DNA from: Escherichia coli
GTDB taxonomy: Bacteria > Pseudomonadota > Gammaproteobacteria > Enterobacterales > Enterobacteriaceae
DNA length: 64,000 bases
NCBI RefSeq assembly: GCF_050920415.1
Contig: NZ_CP169309.1
Direction: 5' to 3' (one strand)
This document shows, piece after piece, positions 1-24,394 of this stretch. Position 1 is the stretch's first letter; each line of letters begins with the position of its first letter. The notes under the pieces were generated by a model, which was given only the letters and a program-made list of their open reading frames with translations, did no database searches and had not been told where the DNA came from. Made by a program: the position numbers and the translations under genes.

Positions 1-63
1 CTGAAGTATGATGAAGCGCCGAGTAACGTTGCTCAGGCCGTAATTGAAGCCCGTGGTAAATAA
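1..63 (+). CDS. fusA: Elongation factor G, 3' terminal fragment (gene starts upstream of window)
   Basis: Frame 1 translates to LKYDEAPSNVAQAVIEARGK-stop, the EF-G C-terminus; followed 70 bp later by tufA as in the str operon. Confidence 0.85.
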   Translation: MKYDEAPSNVAQAVIEARGK

Positions 64-76
64 GCCTAAGGGTTAA

Positions 77-1318
<1,242 letters not shown>

Positions 1319-1342
1319 TTACACGTTAATTAGTTTCGAATT

Positions 1343-1369
1343 AAAAAGGGCGCTTCGGCGCCCTTTTTG
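1343..1369 (+). terminator. Rho-independent terminator of str operon (after tufA)
   Basis: GC hairpin GGGCGCTTCGGCGCCC flanked by A-run and followed by TTTTT, 25 bp after tufA stop. Confidence 0.8.
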
Positions 1370-1442
1370 CTGCCCGTAATTTGAGCTCGAAATATTTAGT
1401 CGTAATTTCACTCGCTGAACTATGGCGCAAATTAAACTGTGC

Positions 1443-1467
1443 TATTGTAATCATAACCATTCTCATT
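1443..1467 (+). promoter_or_regulatory. Putative Fur box upstream of bfd-bfr
   Basis: ATTGTAATCATAACCATTCTCATT resembles the AT-rich hexamer-repeat Fur consensus (GATAATGATAATCATTATC); bfd is a known Fur-regulated gene. Confidence 0.4.
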
Positions 1468-1500
1468 TACACTTTGCGCAGAATTTGAACGGGAGCAATC

Positions 1501-1695
1501 ATGTACGTTTGTTTGTGTAATGGTGTAAGTGACAAAAAAATTCGCCAGGCAGTCCGTCAGTTTCATCCGCAATCTTTCCAACAATTGCGTAAGTTTATTC
1601 CTGTGGGAAATCAATGCGGTAAGTGCATTCGCGCCGCGCGCGAAGTGATGCAGGACGAGTTGATGCAGATGCCAGAATTTAAAGAGATTGCCTGA
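1501..1695 (+). CDS. bfd: Bacterioferritin-associated ferredoxin (64 aa, 2Fe-2S)
   Basis: ORF MYVCLCNGVSDKKIRQAV...CGKC; Cys motifs and position directly upstream of bfr. Confidence 0.93.
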   Translation: MYVCLCNGVSDKKIRQAVRQFHPQSFQQLRKFIPVGNQCGKCIRAAREVMQDELMQMPEFKEIA

Positions 1696-1767
1696 AGCCC
1701 ACGCTTATTTTTTGACATCCCGCTAGCCCCATCTACGCTCTAATAGTGGAAGCGGAGGGACTATAAA

Positions 1768-2244
1768 ATGAAAGGTGATGTTAAAATCATAAATTATCTC
1801 AATAAACTATTGGGAAATGAGCTTGTCGCAATCAATCAGTATTTTCTCCATGCCCGGATGTTTAAAAACTGGGGCCTGATGCGTCTCAATGACGTCGAAT
1901 ACCATGAATCTATTGATGAGATGAAACACGCTGATAAATATATCGAGCGTATTTTGTTTTTAGAAGGAATCCCTAACTTACAGGATTTAGGCAAACTGGG
2001 GATTGGTGAAGATGTCGAGGAGATGCTGCAATCCGACCTGCGATTAGAACTGGAAGGCGCGAAGGATCTCCGTGAGGCTATCGCGTATGCCGACAGCGTT
2101 CATGACTATGTTAGCCGTGATATGATGATCGAGATCCTTGCCGATGAAGAAGGTCATATTGACTGGCTCGAAACTGAGCTGGATCTCATCGGTAAAATCG
2201 GTTTACAAAATTACCTGCAATCACAAATAAAAGTTAAAGATTAA
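1768..2244 (+). CDS. bfr: Bacterioferritin (158 aa)
   Basis: [40 protein letters not shown]..., canonical Bfr length and sequence. Confidence 0.96.
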   Translation: MKGDVKIINYLNKLLGNELVAINQYFLHARMFKNWGLMRLNDVEYHESIDEMKHADKYIERILFLEGIPNLQDLGKLGIGEDVEEMLQSDLRLELEGAKDLREAIAYADSVHDYVSRDMMIEILADEEGHIDWLETELDLIGKIGLQNYLQSQIKVKD

Positions 2245-2708
2245 CGGCCTGCCAGCAAACTATCCCAGCCTACAACGAAACCCGCAGCCGCCAGAAATGG
2301 CCCAAACGGCAGCGGGTTTTTTAATGACTCTTTTCCTCTCATGAGCAGACCAATAACTACGGCTCCGCAAGCGAATGAGGCAGCAAGGAAAACCAGTCGT
2401 GGCAAGAAGGTCCATGTATGCCAGGCACCAAGGGCGGCGAGAAACTTCACATCACCATAGCCTAATCCTTCTTTATGACGCAGTATGCGATACCCCCAGT
2501 AAATGACAGCGAATGTGCCGTAACCAATAATCGCCCCCCATAACGCATCGGCTAAACCGTCAGGATTACAAATCTGATAGAACAAAAGACCTGACCAGAG
2601 TAACGGGCACGTAAATCTGTCAGGTAACAAGCCATGATTTGCATCCCAGAAAAAAAGTAGGGCTGATAAACAAGCGTACAAAATCAGAAAGGGAAGGGTA
2701 GTGTCCAT
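2241..2708 (-). CDS. hopD: Short prepilin (leader) peptidase, peptidase A24 domain only (155 aa)
   Basis: ORF with multiple TM segments and [14 protein letters not shown] motif typical of type IV prepilin peptidases; occupies the position of gspO next to bfr; stop overlaps bfr stop by 4 nt (convergent). Confidence 0.8.
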   Translation of the reverse strand: MDTTLPFLILYACLSALLFFWDANHGLLPDRFTCPLLWSGLLFYQICNPDGLADALWGAIIGYGTFAVIYWGYRILRHKEGLGYGDVKFLAALGAWHTWTFLPRLVFLAASFACGAVVIGLLMRGKESLKNPLPFGPFLAAAGFVVGWDSLLAGR

Positions 2709-2881
2709 AAAACATCCTCTGTAATTGGAGTATCACCATCGAATAACTGCGGATGCTCAGCAACAGAGAAATCGCTGATTTGTTAACCTGATTCCGGTGA
2801 AAAACGCTATCTTCACAACCTTACAAATTTCGTGGAATGCAGCTCGCAATCTGCGCGTTGCGATTAATTTCTACCCGATGC

Positions 2882-2909
2882 TTGCGTCAGGCTCAGATTT
2901 GCGTATAAT
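2882..2909 (+). promoter_or_regulatory. S10 operon promoter (-35 TTGCGT / 16-bp spacer / -10 TATAAT)
   Basis: Hexamers at 2882-2887 and 2904-2909; predicted start ~2916 gives a 172-nt leader to rpsJ ATG at 3087, matching the known S10 leader length. Confidence 0.6.
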
Positions 2910-2915
2910 GCGCGG

Positions 2916-3398
<483 letters not shown>

Positions 3399-3418
3399 TC
3401 AGGTCATTGAGCGATTGA

Positions 3419-5814
<2,396 letters not shown>

Positions 5815-5827
5815 TTTTAGAGGATAA

Positions 5828-6109
<282 letters not shown>

Positions 6110-6114
6110 GGTAG

Positions 6115-8043
<1,929 letters not shown>

Positions 8044-8067
8044 TACAGTACACTCTCTCGATACGAA

Positions 8068-8099
8068 TAAACGGCTCAGAAATGAGCCGTTTATTTTTT
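8068..8099 (+). terminator. S10 operon rho-independent terminator
   Basis: Hairpin ACGGCTCA-gaaa-TGAGCCGT followed by TTTATTTTTT, 25 bp after rpsQ stop. Confidence 0.8.
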
Positions 8100-8130
8100 C
8101 TACCCATATCCTTGAAGCGGTGTTATAATG
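8100..8130 (+). promoter_or_regulatory. spc operon promoter (extended -10 TGnTATAAT)
   Basis: TGTTATAAT at 8121-8129 immediately downstream of S10 terminator and ~80 bp upstream of rplN. Confidence 0.5.
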
Positions 8131-8195
8131 CCGCGCCCTCGATATGGGGATTTTTAACGACCTGATTTTCGGGTCTCAGTAGTAGTTGACATTAG

Positions 8196-9458
<1,263 letters not shown>

Positions 9459-9469
9459 GGTAGGGTTAC

Positions 9470-9778
<309 letters not shown>

Positions 9779-9805
9779 TTGTCACCAATTGAATCACGGG
9801 AGTAA

Positions 9806-11113
<1,308 letters not shown>

Positions 11114-11118
11114 GGTAG

Positions 11119-12252
<1,134 letters not shown>

Positions 12253-12259
12253 GTAGCAG

Positions 12260-13739
<1,480 letters not shown>

Positions 13740-13757
13740 TTTTTTCGCATATTTTTC

Positions 13758-13786
13758 TTGCAAAGTTGGGTTGAGCTGGCTAGATT
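13758..13786 (+). promoter_or_regulatory. Candidate alpha-operon promoter (-35 TTGCAA / 17 bp / -10 TAGATT)
   Basis: Hexamers at 13758-13763 and 13781-13786, ~100 bp upstream of rpsM; -10 lies inside palindrome GCTGGCTAGATTAGCCAGC (13775-13793). Confidence 0.4.
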
Positions 13787-13876
13787 AGCCAGCCAATCTT
13801 TTGTATGTCTGTGCGTTTCCATTTGAGTATCCTGAAAACGGGCTTTTCAGCATGGAACGTACATATTAAATAGTAG

Positions 13877-14242
<366 letters not shown>

Positions 14243-14255
14243 TCGGGGTGATTGA

Positions 14256-15302
<1,047 letters not shown>

Positions 15303-15327
15303 AGCTTAGTACCAAAGAGAGGACACA

Positions 15328-16317
15328 ATGCAGGGTTCTGTGACAGAGTTTCTAAAACCGCGCCTGGTTGATATCGAGCAAGTGAGTTCGACGCACGCCA
15401 AGGTGACCCTTGAGCCTTTAGAGCGTGGCTTTGGCCATACTCTGGGTAACGCACTGCGCCGTATTCTGCTCTCATCGATGCCGGGTTGCGCGGTGACCGA
15501 GGTTGAGATTGATGGTGTACTACATGAGTACAGCACCAAAGAAGGCGTTCAGGAAGATATCCTGGAAATCCTGCTCAACCTGAAAGGGCTGGCGGTGAGA
15601 GTTCAGGGCAAAGATGAAGTTATTCTTACCTTGAATAAATCTGGCATTGGCCCTGTGACTGCAGCCGATATCACCCACGACGGTGATGTCGAAATCGTCA
15701 AGCCGCAGCACGTGATCTGCCACCTGACCGATGAGAACGCGTCTATTAGCATGCGTATCAAAGTTCAGCGCGGTCGTGGTTATGTGCCGGCTTCTACCCG
15801 AATTCATTCGGAAGAAGATGAGCGCCCAATCGGCCGTCTGCTGGTCGACGCATGCTACAGCCCTGTGGAGCGTATTGCCTACAATGTTGAAGCAGCGCGT
15901 GTAGAACAGCGTACCGACCTGGACAAGCTGGTCATCGAAATGGAAACCAACGGCACAATCGATCCTGAAGAGGCGATTCGTCGTGCGGCAACCATTCTGG
16001 CTGAACAACTGGAAGCTTTCGTTGACTTACGTGATGTACGTCAGCCTGAAGTGAAAGAAGAGAAACCAGAGTTCGATCCGATCCTGCTGCGCCCTGTTGA
16101 CGATCTGGAATTGACTGTCCGCTCTGCTAACTGCCTTAAAGCAGAAGCTATCCACTATATCGGTGATCTGGTACAGCGTACCGAGGTTGAGCTCCTTAAA
16201 ACGCCTAACCTTGGTAAAAAATCTCTTACTGAGATTAAAGACGTGCTGGCTTCCCGTGGACTGTCTCTGGGCATGCGCCTGGAAAACTGGCCACCGGCAA
16301 GCATCGCTGACGAGTAA
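15328..16317 (+). CDS. rpoA: DNA-directed RNA polymerase alpha subunit
   Basis: [72 protein letters not shown]..., 329 aa. Confidence 0.98.
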
Positions 16318-16333
16318 CCAGATCACAGGTTAA

Positions 16334-16741
<408 letters not shown>

Positions 16742-16753
16742 TCTGAAGCAACG

Positions 16754-16783
16754 TAAAAAAACCCGCCCCGGCGGGTTTTTTTA
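16754..16783 (+). terminator. Alpha operon rho-independent terminator
   Basis: AAAAAAACCCGCCCCGGCGGGTTTTTTTAT: GC hairpin flanked by A- and T-runs, 13 bp after rplQ stop. Confidence 0.85.
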
Positions 16784-16847
16784 TACCCGTAGTATCCCCA
16801 CTTATCTACAATAGCTGTACTCTTTTTGTTCATCCCCTGGAGTATTT

Positions 16848-17216
16848 ATGTGGTTACTTGACCAGTGGGCAGAGCGTCATATTACTGAGGCACAATCCAA
16901 AGGTGAGTTTGATAATCTTCCGGGAAGTGGCGAGCCATTGATTCTGGATGATGATTCACACGTGCCACCGGAATTACGTGCGGGGTATCGCTTGCTGAAG
17001 AATGCCGGTTGCTTACCGCCAGAACTTGAGCAGCGGAGGGAAGCAATACAGCTTCTGGATATCCTCAAAGGTATCTGTCACGATGATCCGCAATATCAAG
17101 AGGTTAGTCGTCGATTGTCATTACTGGAGTTAAAGCTGCGACAAGCAGGATTGAGTACCGATTTTTTACGCGGCGATTATGCTGACAAGTTGTTGAATAA
17201 AATCAATGATAACTAG
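16848..17216 (+). CDS. yhdN: DUF1992 family protein YhdN (122 aa)
   Basis: ORF MWLLDQWAERHITEAQSKGEFDNLPGSGEPL...; conserved position between rplQ and zntR. Confidence 0.85.
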   Translation: MWLLDQWAERHITEAQSKGEFDNLPGSGEPLILDDDSHVPPELRAGYRLLKNAGCLPPELEQRREAIQLLDILKGICHDDPQYQEVSRRLSLLELKLRQAGLSTDFLRGDYADKLLNKINDN

Positions 17217-17226
17217 TGGAGTATGT

Positions 17227-17652
17227 ATGTATCGCATTGGTGAGCTGGCAAAAATGGCGGAAGTAACACCCGACACAATACGTTATTACGAAAAGCAGCA
17301 GATGATGGAGCATGAAGTACGTACCGAAGGTGGGTTTCGCCTGTATACCGAAAGCGATCTCCAGCGATTGAAATTTATCCGCCATGCCAGACAACTTGGT
17401 TTCAGTCTGGAGTCGATCCGCGAGTTGCTGTCGATCCGTATCGATCCTGAGCACCATACCTGTCAGGAGTCAAAAGGCATTGTGCAGGAAAGATTGCAGG
17501 AAGTCGAAGCACGGATAGCCGAGTTGCAGAGTATGCAGCGTTCCCTCCAACGCCTTAACGATGCCTGTTGTGGGACCGCCCATAGCAGTGTTTATTGCTC
17601 GATTCTTGAAGCTCTTGAACAAGGGGCGAGTGGCGTTAAGAGTGACTGTTGA
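17227..17652 (+). CDS. zntR: MerR-family Zn(II)-responsive transcriptional activator ZntR (141 aa)
   Basis: ORF (from internal ATG 17227) MYRIGELAKMAEVTPDTIRYYEKQQMMEHEVRTEGGFRLY... with C-terminal Cys/His metal-binding residues. Confidence 0.92.
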   Translation: MYRIGELAKMAEVTPDTIRYYEKQQMMEHEVRTEGGFRLYTESDLQRLKFIRHARQLGFSLESIRELLSIRIDPEHHTCQESKGIVQERLQEVEARIAELQSMQRSLQRLNDACCGTAHSSVYCSILEALEQGASGVKSDC

Positions 17653-17707
17653 TTTTTTACACTGGCAGGATTACACTCGCGCCGTTAAATAACCAATTGG
17701 AGTTTTT

Positions 17708-17926
17708 ATGAGCCGATATCAGCATACTAAAGGACAGATAAAAGATAATGCGATTGAAGCATTGCTACATGATCCTTTATTCCGACAGCGTGTAGAGAAA
17801 AATAAGAAGGGGAAAGGTAGTTACATGCGAAAAGGAAAACATGGCAATCGGGGAAACTGGGAGGCCAGTGGCAAGAACGTAAATCACTTTTTTACCACTG
17901 GCCTTCTGCTTTCAGGGGCTTTTTAA
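17708..17926 (+). CDS. arfA: Alternative ribosome-rescue factor A (72-aa reading frame)
   Basis: [49 protein letters not shown]...; 3' end overlaps mscL stop. Confidence 0.9.
   Translation: MSRYQHTKGQIKDNAIEALLHDPLFRQRVEKNKKGKGSYMRKGKHGNRGNWEASGKNVNHFFTTGLLLSGAF
17864..17903 (+). promoter_or_regulatory. arfA 3' stem-loop (RNase III processing site generating non-stop mRNA)
   Basis: Perfect 9-bp inverted repeat GGCCAGTGG ... CCACTGGCC with 22-nt loop inside the arfA 3' coding region; the known regulatory hairpin of arfA. Confidence 0.7.
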
Positions 17927-18333
17927 GAGCGGTTATTCTGCTCTTTCAGCAAATCACGGATCTCGGTCAGTAATACTTCTTCTTTAGTTGGTGCAGGTGC
18001 AGCTGCTGGTTCTTCTTTTTTCCGATTCAGTTTATTGATTAGCTTAATCGCCATAAAGATGGCAAAGGCCACAATCAGAAAATCAAAGACGTTTTGAATG
18101 AAGACACCGTAATGCATAACGACTGCTGGGATATCCCCTTGCGCATCGCGTAGCGTGACAGCAAACTGTTTAAAGTCGATCCCACCAATTAATAAACCCA
18201 GCGGCGGCATGATGATATCTGCAACCAGTGAAGAGACAATCTTACCGAAGGCCGCACCGATAATGACACCCACTGCCAAATCCACCACATTTCCGCGCAT
18301 TGCAAATTCGCGAAATTCTTTAATAATGCTCAT
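17923..18333 (-). CDS. mscL: Large-conductance mechanosensitive channel MscL (136 aa)
   Basis: [57 protein letters not shown]... Confidence 0.97.
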
Positions 18334-18462
18334 GTTATTCTCCCTATAAAGCCGACAATCATAAGTCTAACAAATGTTAAGCTATTTTCCTGCCGGGAAT
18401 GAATTTAATTAATCCTTGAAAAAAAAAGGGAAATAATAAGGCGCCAGAAGACGCCTTATTAA

Positions 18463-19839
18463 TTACAAGAAGAAAGGACTTGGCTGGAAGAGACGTTCGA
18501 CGTCGGTAATAAACTTTTTGTCCGTCAGGAACATAATTACATGATCGCCTTGCTCAATACGCAGATTGTCATTGGCAATCATCACATCATTGCCGCGTAC
18601 TACAGCACCAATAATCGTTCCTGGTGGTAGCTTGATTTCATCAATGACTCTGCCCACAACGCGTGAGGTGCTTTCATCACCGTGAGCAACAGCTTCAATA
18701 GCTTCTGCAACACCGCGGCGCAATGAGGAAACACCAACAATATCGGCTTTTCGCACGTGACTAAGCAACGCAGAAATAGTTGCTTGTTGTGGTGAAATCG
18801 CAATATCGATCACGCTCCCCTGAACCAGATCCACATAAGCGCGACGCTGGATCAATACCATCACCTTTTTCGCACCCATACGTTTGGCAAGCATGGCGGA
18901 CATGATATTGGCTTCGTCATCGTTGGTGACGGCAATAAACAGATCAACTTGATCGATATGTTCTTCGGCTAGCAGTTCTTGATCCGACGCATCACCAAAA
19001 AAGACGATCGTATTCTGCAACTTTTCCGCCAGTTCGGCAGCGCGCTGCTGATTACGTTCGATGAGTTTAACGCTGTAATCTTTTTCCAGACGACGCGCCA
19101 GCCCTGCACCGATATTACCGCCGCCAACCAGCATGATCCGCTTATACGGTTTTTCCAGACGTTGCAATTCACTCATCACCGCGCGGATGTGTTGCGAAGC
19201 GGCAATAAAGAACACTTCATCACCAGCTTCAACAATGGTCGAACCTTGCGGACGAATAGGGCGATCGTGGCGGAAAATGGCTGCCACACGAGTATCGATA
19301 TGCGGCATATGTTCGCGCATGGTCGAAAGTGCATTACCAATCAGTGGGCCGCCATAATAGGCTTTAACCACAGCCAGGCTGACTTTACCCTCAGCGAAGT
19401 TCACTACCTGCAGCGCGCCGGGATACTCAATCAGTCGGTAAATATTATCGATAACCAGCTGCTCTGGTGCGATCAGATGATCAATCGGTACAGCATCTGA
19501 ATGAAATAGCTTATCGGCATCGCGCACGTAGTCTGGTGAGCGGATACGAGCGATGCGATTAGGGGTGTTGAAAAGTGAGTAGGCTACCTGGCAGGCAACC
19601 ATATTGGTTTCATCTGAACTGGTTACAGCAACCAGCATATCGGCGTCGTCGGCACCTGCCTCCCGCAATACGCGTGGATGAGAGCCATGCCCCTGCACGA
19701 CCCGCAGGTCAAATTTATCCTGCAAGGTCCGCAGACGCTCACCGTTGGTATCGACAACAGTAATATCGTTGTTCTCGCCAACCAGGTTTTCCGCCAGTGT
19801 GCCGCCAACCTGGCCGGCACCCAGAATGATAATTTTCAT
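18463..19839 (-). CDS. trkA: Trk potassium uptake system NAD-binding subunit TrkA (458 aa)
   Basis: [33 protein letters not shown]... tandem Rossmann/RCK domains. Confidence 0.97.
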   Translation of the reverse strand: MKIIILGAGQVGGTLAENLVGENNDITVVDTNGERLRTLQDKFDLRVVQGHGSHPRVLREAGADDADMLVAVTSSDETNMVACQVAYSLFNTPNRIARIRSPDYVRDADKLFHSDAVPIDHLIAPEQLVIDNIYRLIEYPGALQVVNFAEGKVSLAVVKAYYGGPLIGNALSTMREHMPHIDTRVAAIFRHDRPIRPQGSTIVEAGDEVFFIAASQHIRAVMSELQRLEKPYKRIMLVGGGNIGAGLARRLEKDYSVKLIERNQQRAAELAEKLQNTIVFFGDASDQELLAEEHIDQVDLFIAVTNDDEANIMSAMLAKRMGAKKVMVLIQRRAYVDLVQGSVIDIAISPQQATISALLSHVRKADIVGVSSLRRGVAEAIEAVAHGDESTSRVVGRVIDEIKLPPGTIIGAVVRGNDVMIANDNLRIEQGDHVIMFLTDKKFITDVERLFQPSPFFL

Positions 19840-19860
19840 CAGTCGCGACCCGTTATCTCA

Positions 19861-21150
19861 TCACTTTTTGATTAGCTTAGCGTAAAAGAAGCCGTCGCCC
19901 TCTTCGGCACCAGGCAGATTTTGCTTACCCGGTTGCTCTGGTGTTCCTGTTTCGCAAAGTTCGGCATCAGCGGTACGTTGCAAAAAGGCTTTAATCTGCA
20001 GGCTATTCTCTTCCGGTAACACCGAACAGGTGGCATAGACCAGGGTTCCTCCGGATTTTAAATGTGACCAGATGGCGTCGAGAATTTCAGACTGCAACTG
20101 CGCGAGTTCTGGGATATCGCGATCGCGGCGTAACCATTTAATATCCGGATGGCGACGAATCACACCGGTTGCTGAACAAGGCGCATCTAATAAAATGCGA
20201 TCAAACTGTTGCTCGCCACACCATTGGGAAGGGTAGCGGCCATCACCTTGTTTCACGGTCGCCTTCATACCAAGGCGTTTTAAATTGTCGTAAACGCGAG
20301 AGAGGCGCTGTTCGTCAATATCAACCGCAAGAACCTGCGCTTCTGGTGCCACCTCAAGGATATGCGTTGTTTTACCGCCGGGGGCAGCGCAAAGATCCAG
20401 AATGTGTTCACCGTTTTGTGGCGCAAGCCAGGCCATGCAACCTTGTGCTGATGCATCCTGAACGGTAACCCATCCTTCTTCAAAACCTGGTAGCACATGA
20501 ACAGGTGCAGGTGTTTCCAGCCGTACAGCATCAGGGTAATCCGCATGCGGGAAACCTTTCATTCCTGCTTCATCCAGCAATGCAAGCCAGCTGTCGCGGG
20601 AATGATGCGTACGATTAACGCGCAGCCACATTGGCGGACGCTGGTTATTGGCTTCAATGATGGATTGCCATTGCTCTGGATACGCTTTTTGCAGACGCTT
20701 CAGCAACCAGGAAGGATGCAGATAACGTGCATCACTGGCATTAAACTCGGCTAATAACTCTTCTTGCTGACGCTGGAACTGGCGTAATACGCCGTTAATC
20801 AACCCTTTAAGTTGCGGACGCTTAATTGCGACAGCACCTTCAACCGTTTCAGCCAGCGCAGCATGAGGTGGAATGCGGGTATAAAGCAGTTGATACAAAC
20901 CAACCATAATCAGGTAATGCACAGTGCGCTGTTTGCCGGTCATCGGACGGGCCATTAACTTATTAATCAGCCAGTCTAACTGTGAAAGCGTACGCAGTAC
21001 GCCAAAGCACAATTCTTGAAGAAGTGCTTTGTCTTTATCGGAAACTTTTTGCTGGAGCGGTGGCAGAATGTTGCTTAATGATTGCCCTTGCTCGACGACT
21101 TGTTCAACGGCCTGTGCCGCCATGCTACGTAAATTACGTTGTTTTTTCAT
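19861..21150 (-). CDS. rsmB: 16S rRNA m5C967 methyltransferase RsmB (429 aa)
   Basis: ORF (from internal Met) [26 protein letters not shown]...; NusB-like N-domain + SAM MTase; fmt-def-rsmB-trkA synteny. Confidence 0.95.
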   Translation of the reverse strand: MKKQRNLRSMAAQAVEQVVEQGQSLSNILPPLQQKVSDKDKALLQELCFGVLRTLSQLDWLINKLMARPMTGKQRTVHYLIMVGLYQLLYTRIPPHAALAETVEGAVAIKRPQLKGLINGVLRQFQRQQEELLAEFNASDARYLHPSWLLKRLQKAYPEQWQSIIEANNQRPPMWLRVNRTHHSRDSWLALLDEAGMKGFPHADYPDAVRLETPAPVHVLPGFEEGWVTVQDASAQGCMAWLAPQNGEHILDLCAAPGGKTTHILEVAPEAQVLAVDIDEQRLSRVYDNLKRLGMKATVKQGDGRYPSQWCGEQQFDRILLDAPCSATGVIRRHPDIKWLRRDRDIPELAQLQSEILDAIWSHLKSGGTLVYATCSVLPEENSLQIKAFLQRTADAELCETGTPEQPGKQNLPGAEEGDGFFYAKLIKK

Positions 21151-21195
21151 AAGTATAAAAATGCCCGGCAAGACCGGGCTTAGAAGAGTGGACTA

Positions 21196-22143
21196 TCAGA
21201 CCAGACGGTTGCCCGGAACAAACCATTCCCGACGAGAATTCAGGAGGTCTTGCGCGCTCATCGCTTTCTTACCCGCAGGTTGTAACGAGAGCAGGTTCAG
21301 GATGCCACCACCCGTCGCAACCTGAATGCCTTGTTTATTGGCTTCAAGGATCGTTCCTGGTGCAGCGTTGGTTGCCGTATCAATGACCGACGCTTTCCAG
21401 ACTTTAACCGGCTGTCCTTCAATTTCCAGCCAGCTCATTGGCCATGGATTGAAAGCGCGAACGCAGCGTTCAAGCTGCGCTGCCGAAAGCGACCAGTCAA
21501 TACGCGCTTCTTCTTTACTCAACTTTTCGGCGTAAGTGACAAGAGTTTCGTCCTGAACTTCTGGTTTCGCCGTGCCGTCTGCCAGTTGTTTCAATGTGGT
21601 GATAAGCCCTTGTGGGCCAAGCTCTGCCAGCTTGTCGTACAGCGTACCACTGGTATCTTCTGCAGTAATCGGGCAGGAGAGCTTATAGAGCATGTCACCG
21701 GTGTCTAAACCAACATCCATTTGCATAATGGTCACACCAGTTTCTGCATCACCCGCCCATAGTGAGCGTTGGATTGGTGCAGCACCGCGCCAGCGTGGCA
21801 GCAGTGAACCATGAACGTTGATACAGCCAAGACGCGGCATCTCCAGCACAGCTTTCGGCAGAATTAAACCATAGGCGACGACGACCATAACATCAGCCTG
21901 CAGGTCGGCGACCAGTTGCTGGTTTTCTTGTGGACGCAGGGAAACAGGTTGAAAAACGGGCAGACCTTTTTCCTCAGCCAGAACTTTAACCGGGCTGGGC
22001 ATCAGTTTTTTACCGCGTCCTGCCGGTCGGTCTGGCTGGGTGAACACGCCAACGACGTTATGACCAGAAGACAACAGCGCGTCGAGATGACGCGCTGCAA
22101 AGTCAGGTGTACCCGCAAAAATAATACGTAGTGATTCTGACAC
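21196..22143 (-). CDS. fmt: Methionyl-tRNA formyltransferase (315 aa)
   Basis: [49 protein letters not shown]... Confidence 0.97.
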   Translation of the reverse strand: MSESLRIIFAGTPDFAARHLDALLSSGHNVVGVFTQPDRPAGRGKKLMPSPVKVLAEEKGLPVFQPVSLRPQENQQLVADLQADVMVVVAYGLILPKAVLEMPRLGCINVHGSLLPRWRGAAPIQRSLWAGDAETGVTIMQMDVGLDTGDMLYKLSCPITAEDTSGTLYDKLAELGPQGLITTLKQLADGTAKPEVQDETLVTYAEKLSKEEARIDWSLSAAQLERCVRAFNPWPMSWLEIEGQPVKVWKASVIDTATNAAPGTILEANKQGIQVATGGGILNLLSLQPAGKKAMSAQDLLNSRREWFVPGNRLV

Positions 22144-22157
22144 GTTAATTCTTATCC

Positions 22158-22667
22158 TTAAGCCCGGGCTTTCAGACGATCCAGTTTTTCAACTTTCTGA
22201 CGAATACGTTGTTGTTTCAGCGGTGACAGATAATCCATAAACAGTTTGCCGACCAGGTGATCCATCTCATGCTGAATACAGATGGCTAACAGACCGTCTG
22301 CTTCCAGTTCAAATGGTTTACCGTCGCGGTCCAGGGCGCGAATTTTAACTTTCTCTGCGCGTGGCACTAAAGCACGTTGTTCAGGGATCGACAGGCAACC
22401 TTCTTCAATGCCTGTTTCGCCGCTTTTTTCTAAAAGCTCCGGATTGATTAACACCAGCCGTTCGTCACGGTTTTCCGAAACATCAATAACAATGATACGT
22501 TGATGGATATCAACCTGGGTTGCCGCCAGGCCAATACCTTCTTCTGCGTACATCGTCTCGAACATATCATCGACGATACGCTGAATTTCTGCATTCACTT
22601 CTTCTACCGGTTTAGCAACTTTGCGAAGCCGCTCGTCCGGAATATGTAACACTTGCAAAACTGACAT
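22158..22667 (-). CDS. def: Peptide deformylase (169 aa)
   Basis: [55 protein letters not shown]... with EGCLS and HEMDH motifs. Confidence 0.97.
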
Positions 22668-22796
22668 AAATCTCCAGAGATGTGTTCAGGAGTTAGAAAG
22701 ATTATTTCTTCTATTCTAGACAAATCCCCCTCTGATTGACAGCATCACTGACCAATCGCAAAGATTGCTAAGACTGCTTATGGCAGGGAGATAAGG

Positions 22797-23921
22797 ATGG
22801 TCGATACAGAAATTTGGCTGCGTTTAATGAGCGTCAGCAGCTTGTACGGCGATGATATGGTCCGTATAGCTCACTGGCTGGCAAAACAGTCGCATATTGA
22901 TGCGGTTGTATTGCAGCAAACAGGGCTTACATTGCGGCAGGCACAACGCTTTCTTTCATTTCCGCCAAAGAGTATTGAGAGCTCACTTTGTTGGTTGAAT
23001 CAACCAAACCATCATTTAATCTCAGCGGATAGTGAATTTTATCCTTCCCAACTTCTGGCGACAGCAGATTACCCCGGTGCGCTGTTTGTTGCTGGAGAAC
23101 TGCGCGCATTGCATTCATTTCAGCTTGCTGTAGTGGGGAGTCGGGCGCATTCATGGTATGGCGAACGCTGGGGACGATTATTTTGCGAAACTCTGGCGAC
23201 GCGTGGAGTGACAATTACGAGTGGACTGGCGCGAGGAATCGATGGTGTGGCGCATAAAGCGGCCTTGCAGGTGAATGGCGTCAGCATTGCTGTATTGGGG
23301 AATGGACTTAATACCATTCATCCCCGCCGCCATGCCCGGCTGGCTACCAGTCTGCTTGAACATGGCGGAGCTCTCGTCTCGGAATTTCCCCTCGATGTTC
23401 CACCTCTTGCTTACAATTTCCCGCGAAGAAATCGCATTATCAGTGGTCTAAGTAAAGGTGTACTTGTGGTGGAAGCTGCTTTGCGCAGTGGTTCGCTGGT
23501 GACAGCGCGTTGTGCGCTTGAACAGGGGCGAGAAGTTTTTGCCTTGCCAGGTCCAATAGGGAATCCGGGAAGCGAAGGGCCTCACTGGTTAATAAAACAA
23601 GGTGCGATTCTTGTGACGGAACCGGAAGAAATTCTGGAAAACTTGCAATTTGGATTGCACTGGTTGCCAGACGCGCCTGAAAATTCATTTTATTCACCAG
23701 ATCAGGAAGACGTGGCATTGCCATTTCCTGAGCTCCTGGCTAACGTAGGAGATGAGGTAACACCTGTTGACGTCGTCGCTGAACGTGCCGGCCAACCTGT
23801 GCCAGAGGTAGTTACTCAACTACTCGAACTGGAGTTAGCAGGATGGATCGCAGCTGTACCCGGCGGCTATGTCCGATTGAGGAGGGCATGCCATGTTCGA
23901 CGTACTAATGTATTTGTTTGA
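22797..23921 (+). CDS. dprA: DNA-processing protein DprA/Smf (374 aa)
   Basis: [34 protein letters not shown]...; divergent from def. Confidence 0.93.
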
Positions 23922-24366
23922 AACCTATATTCACACAGAAGCTGAGTTGCGTGTGGATCAAGACAAACTTGAACAGGATCTTACCGACGCAGGATTTGAT
24001 CGAGAAGATATCTACAATGCACTGCTTTGGCTGGAAAAGCTTGCGGATTATCAGGAAGGACTGGCAGAACCGATGCAACTGGCCTCTGATCCACTCTCCA
24101 TGCGTATTTATACCCCTGAAGAGTGTGAAAGACTGGATGCCAGCTGCCGTGGTTTTCTGCTTTTCCTTGAGCAAATTCAGGTGCTTAACCTTGAAACCCG
24201 TGAAATGGTGATAGAGCGAGTGCTCGCGCTGGATACCGCTGAGTTCGACCTGGAAGACCTGAAATGGGTAATCCTGATGGTGTTGTTCAATATTCCGGGC
24301 TGCGAAAATGCGTACCAGCAAATGGAAGAATTACTCTTTGAAGTGAATGAAGGTATGCTGCATTAA
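23893..24366 (+). CDS. smg: Smg protein (DUF494, 157 aa)
   Basis: [38 protein letters not shown]...; overlaps dprA 3' end. Confidence 0.92.
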
Positions 24367-24394
24367 TCATTTCTTTAATTCAGCATAAGTTGTT

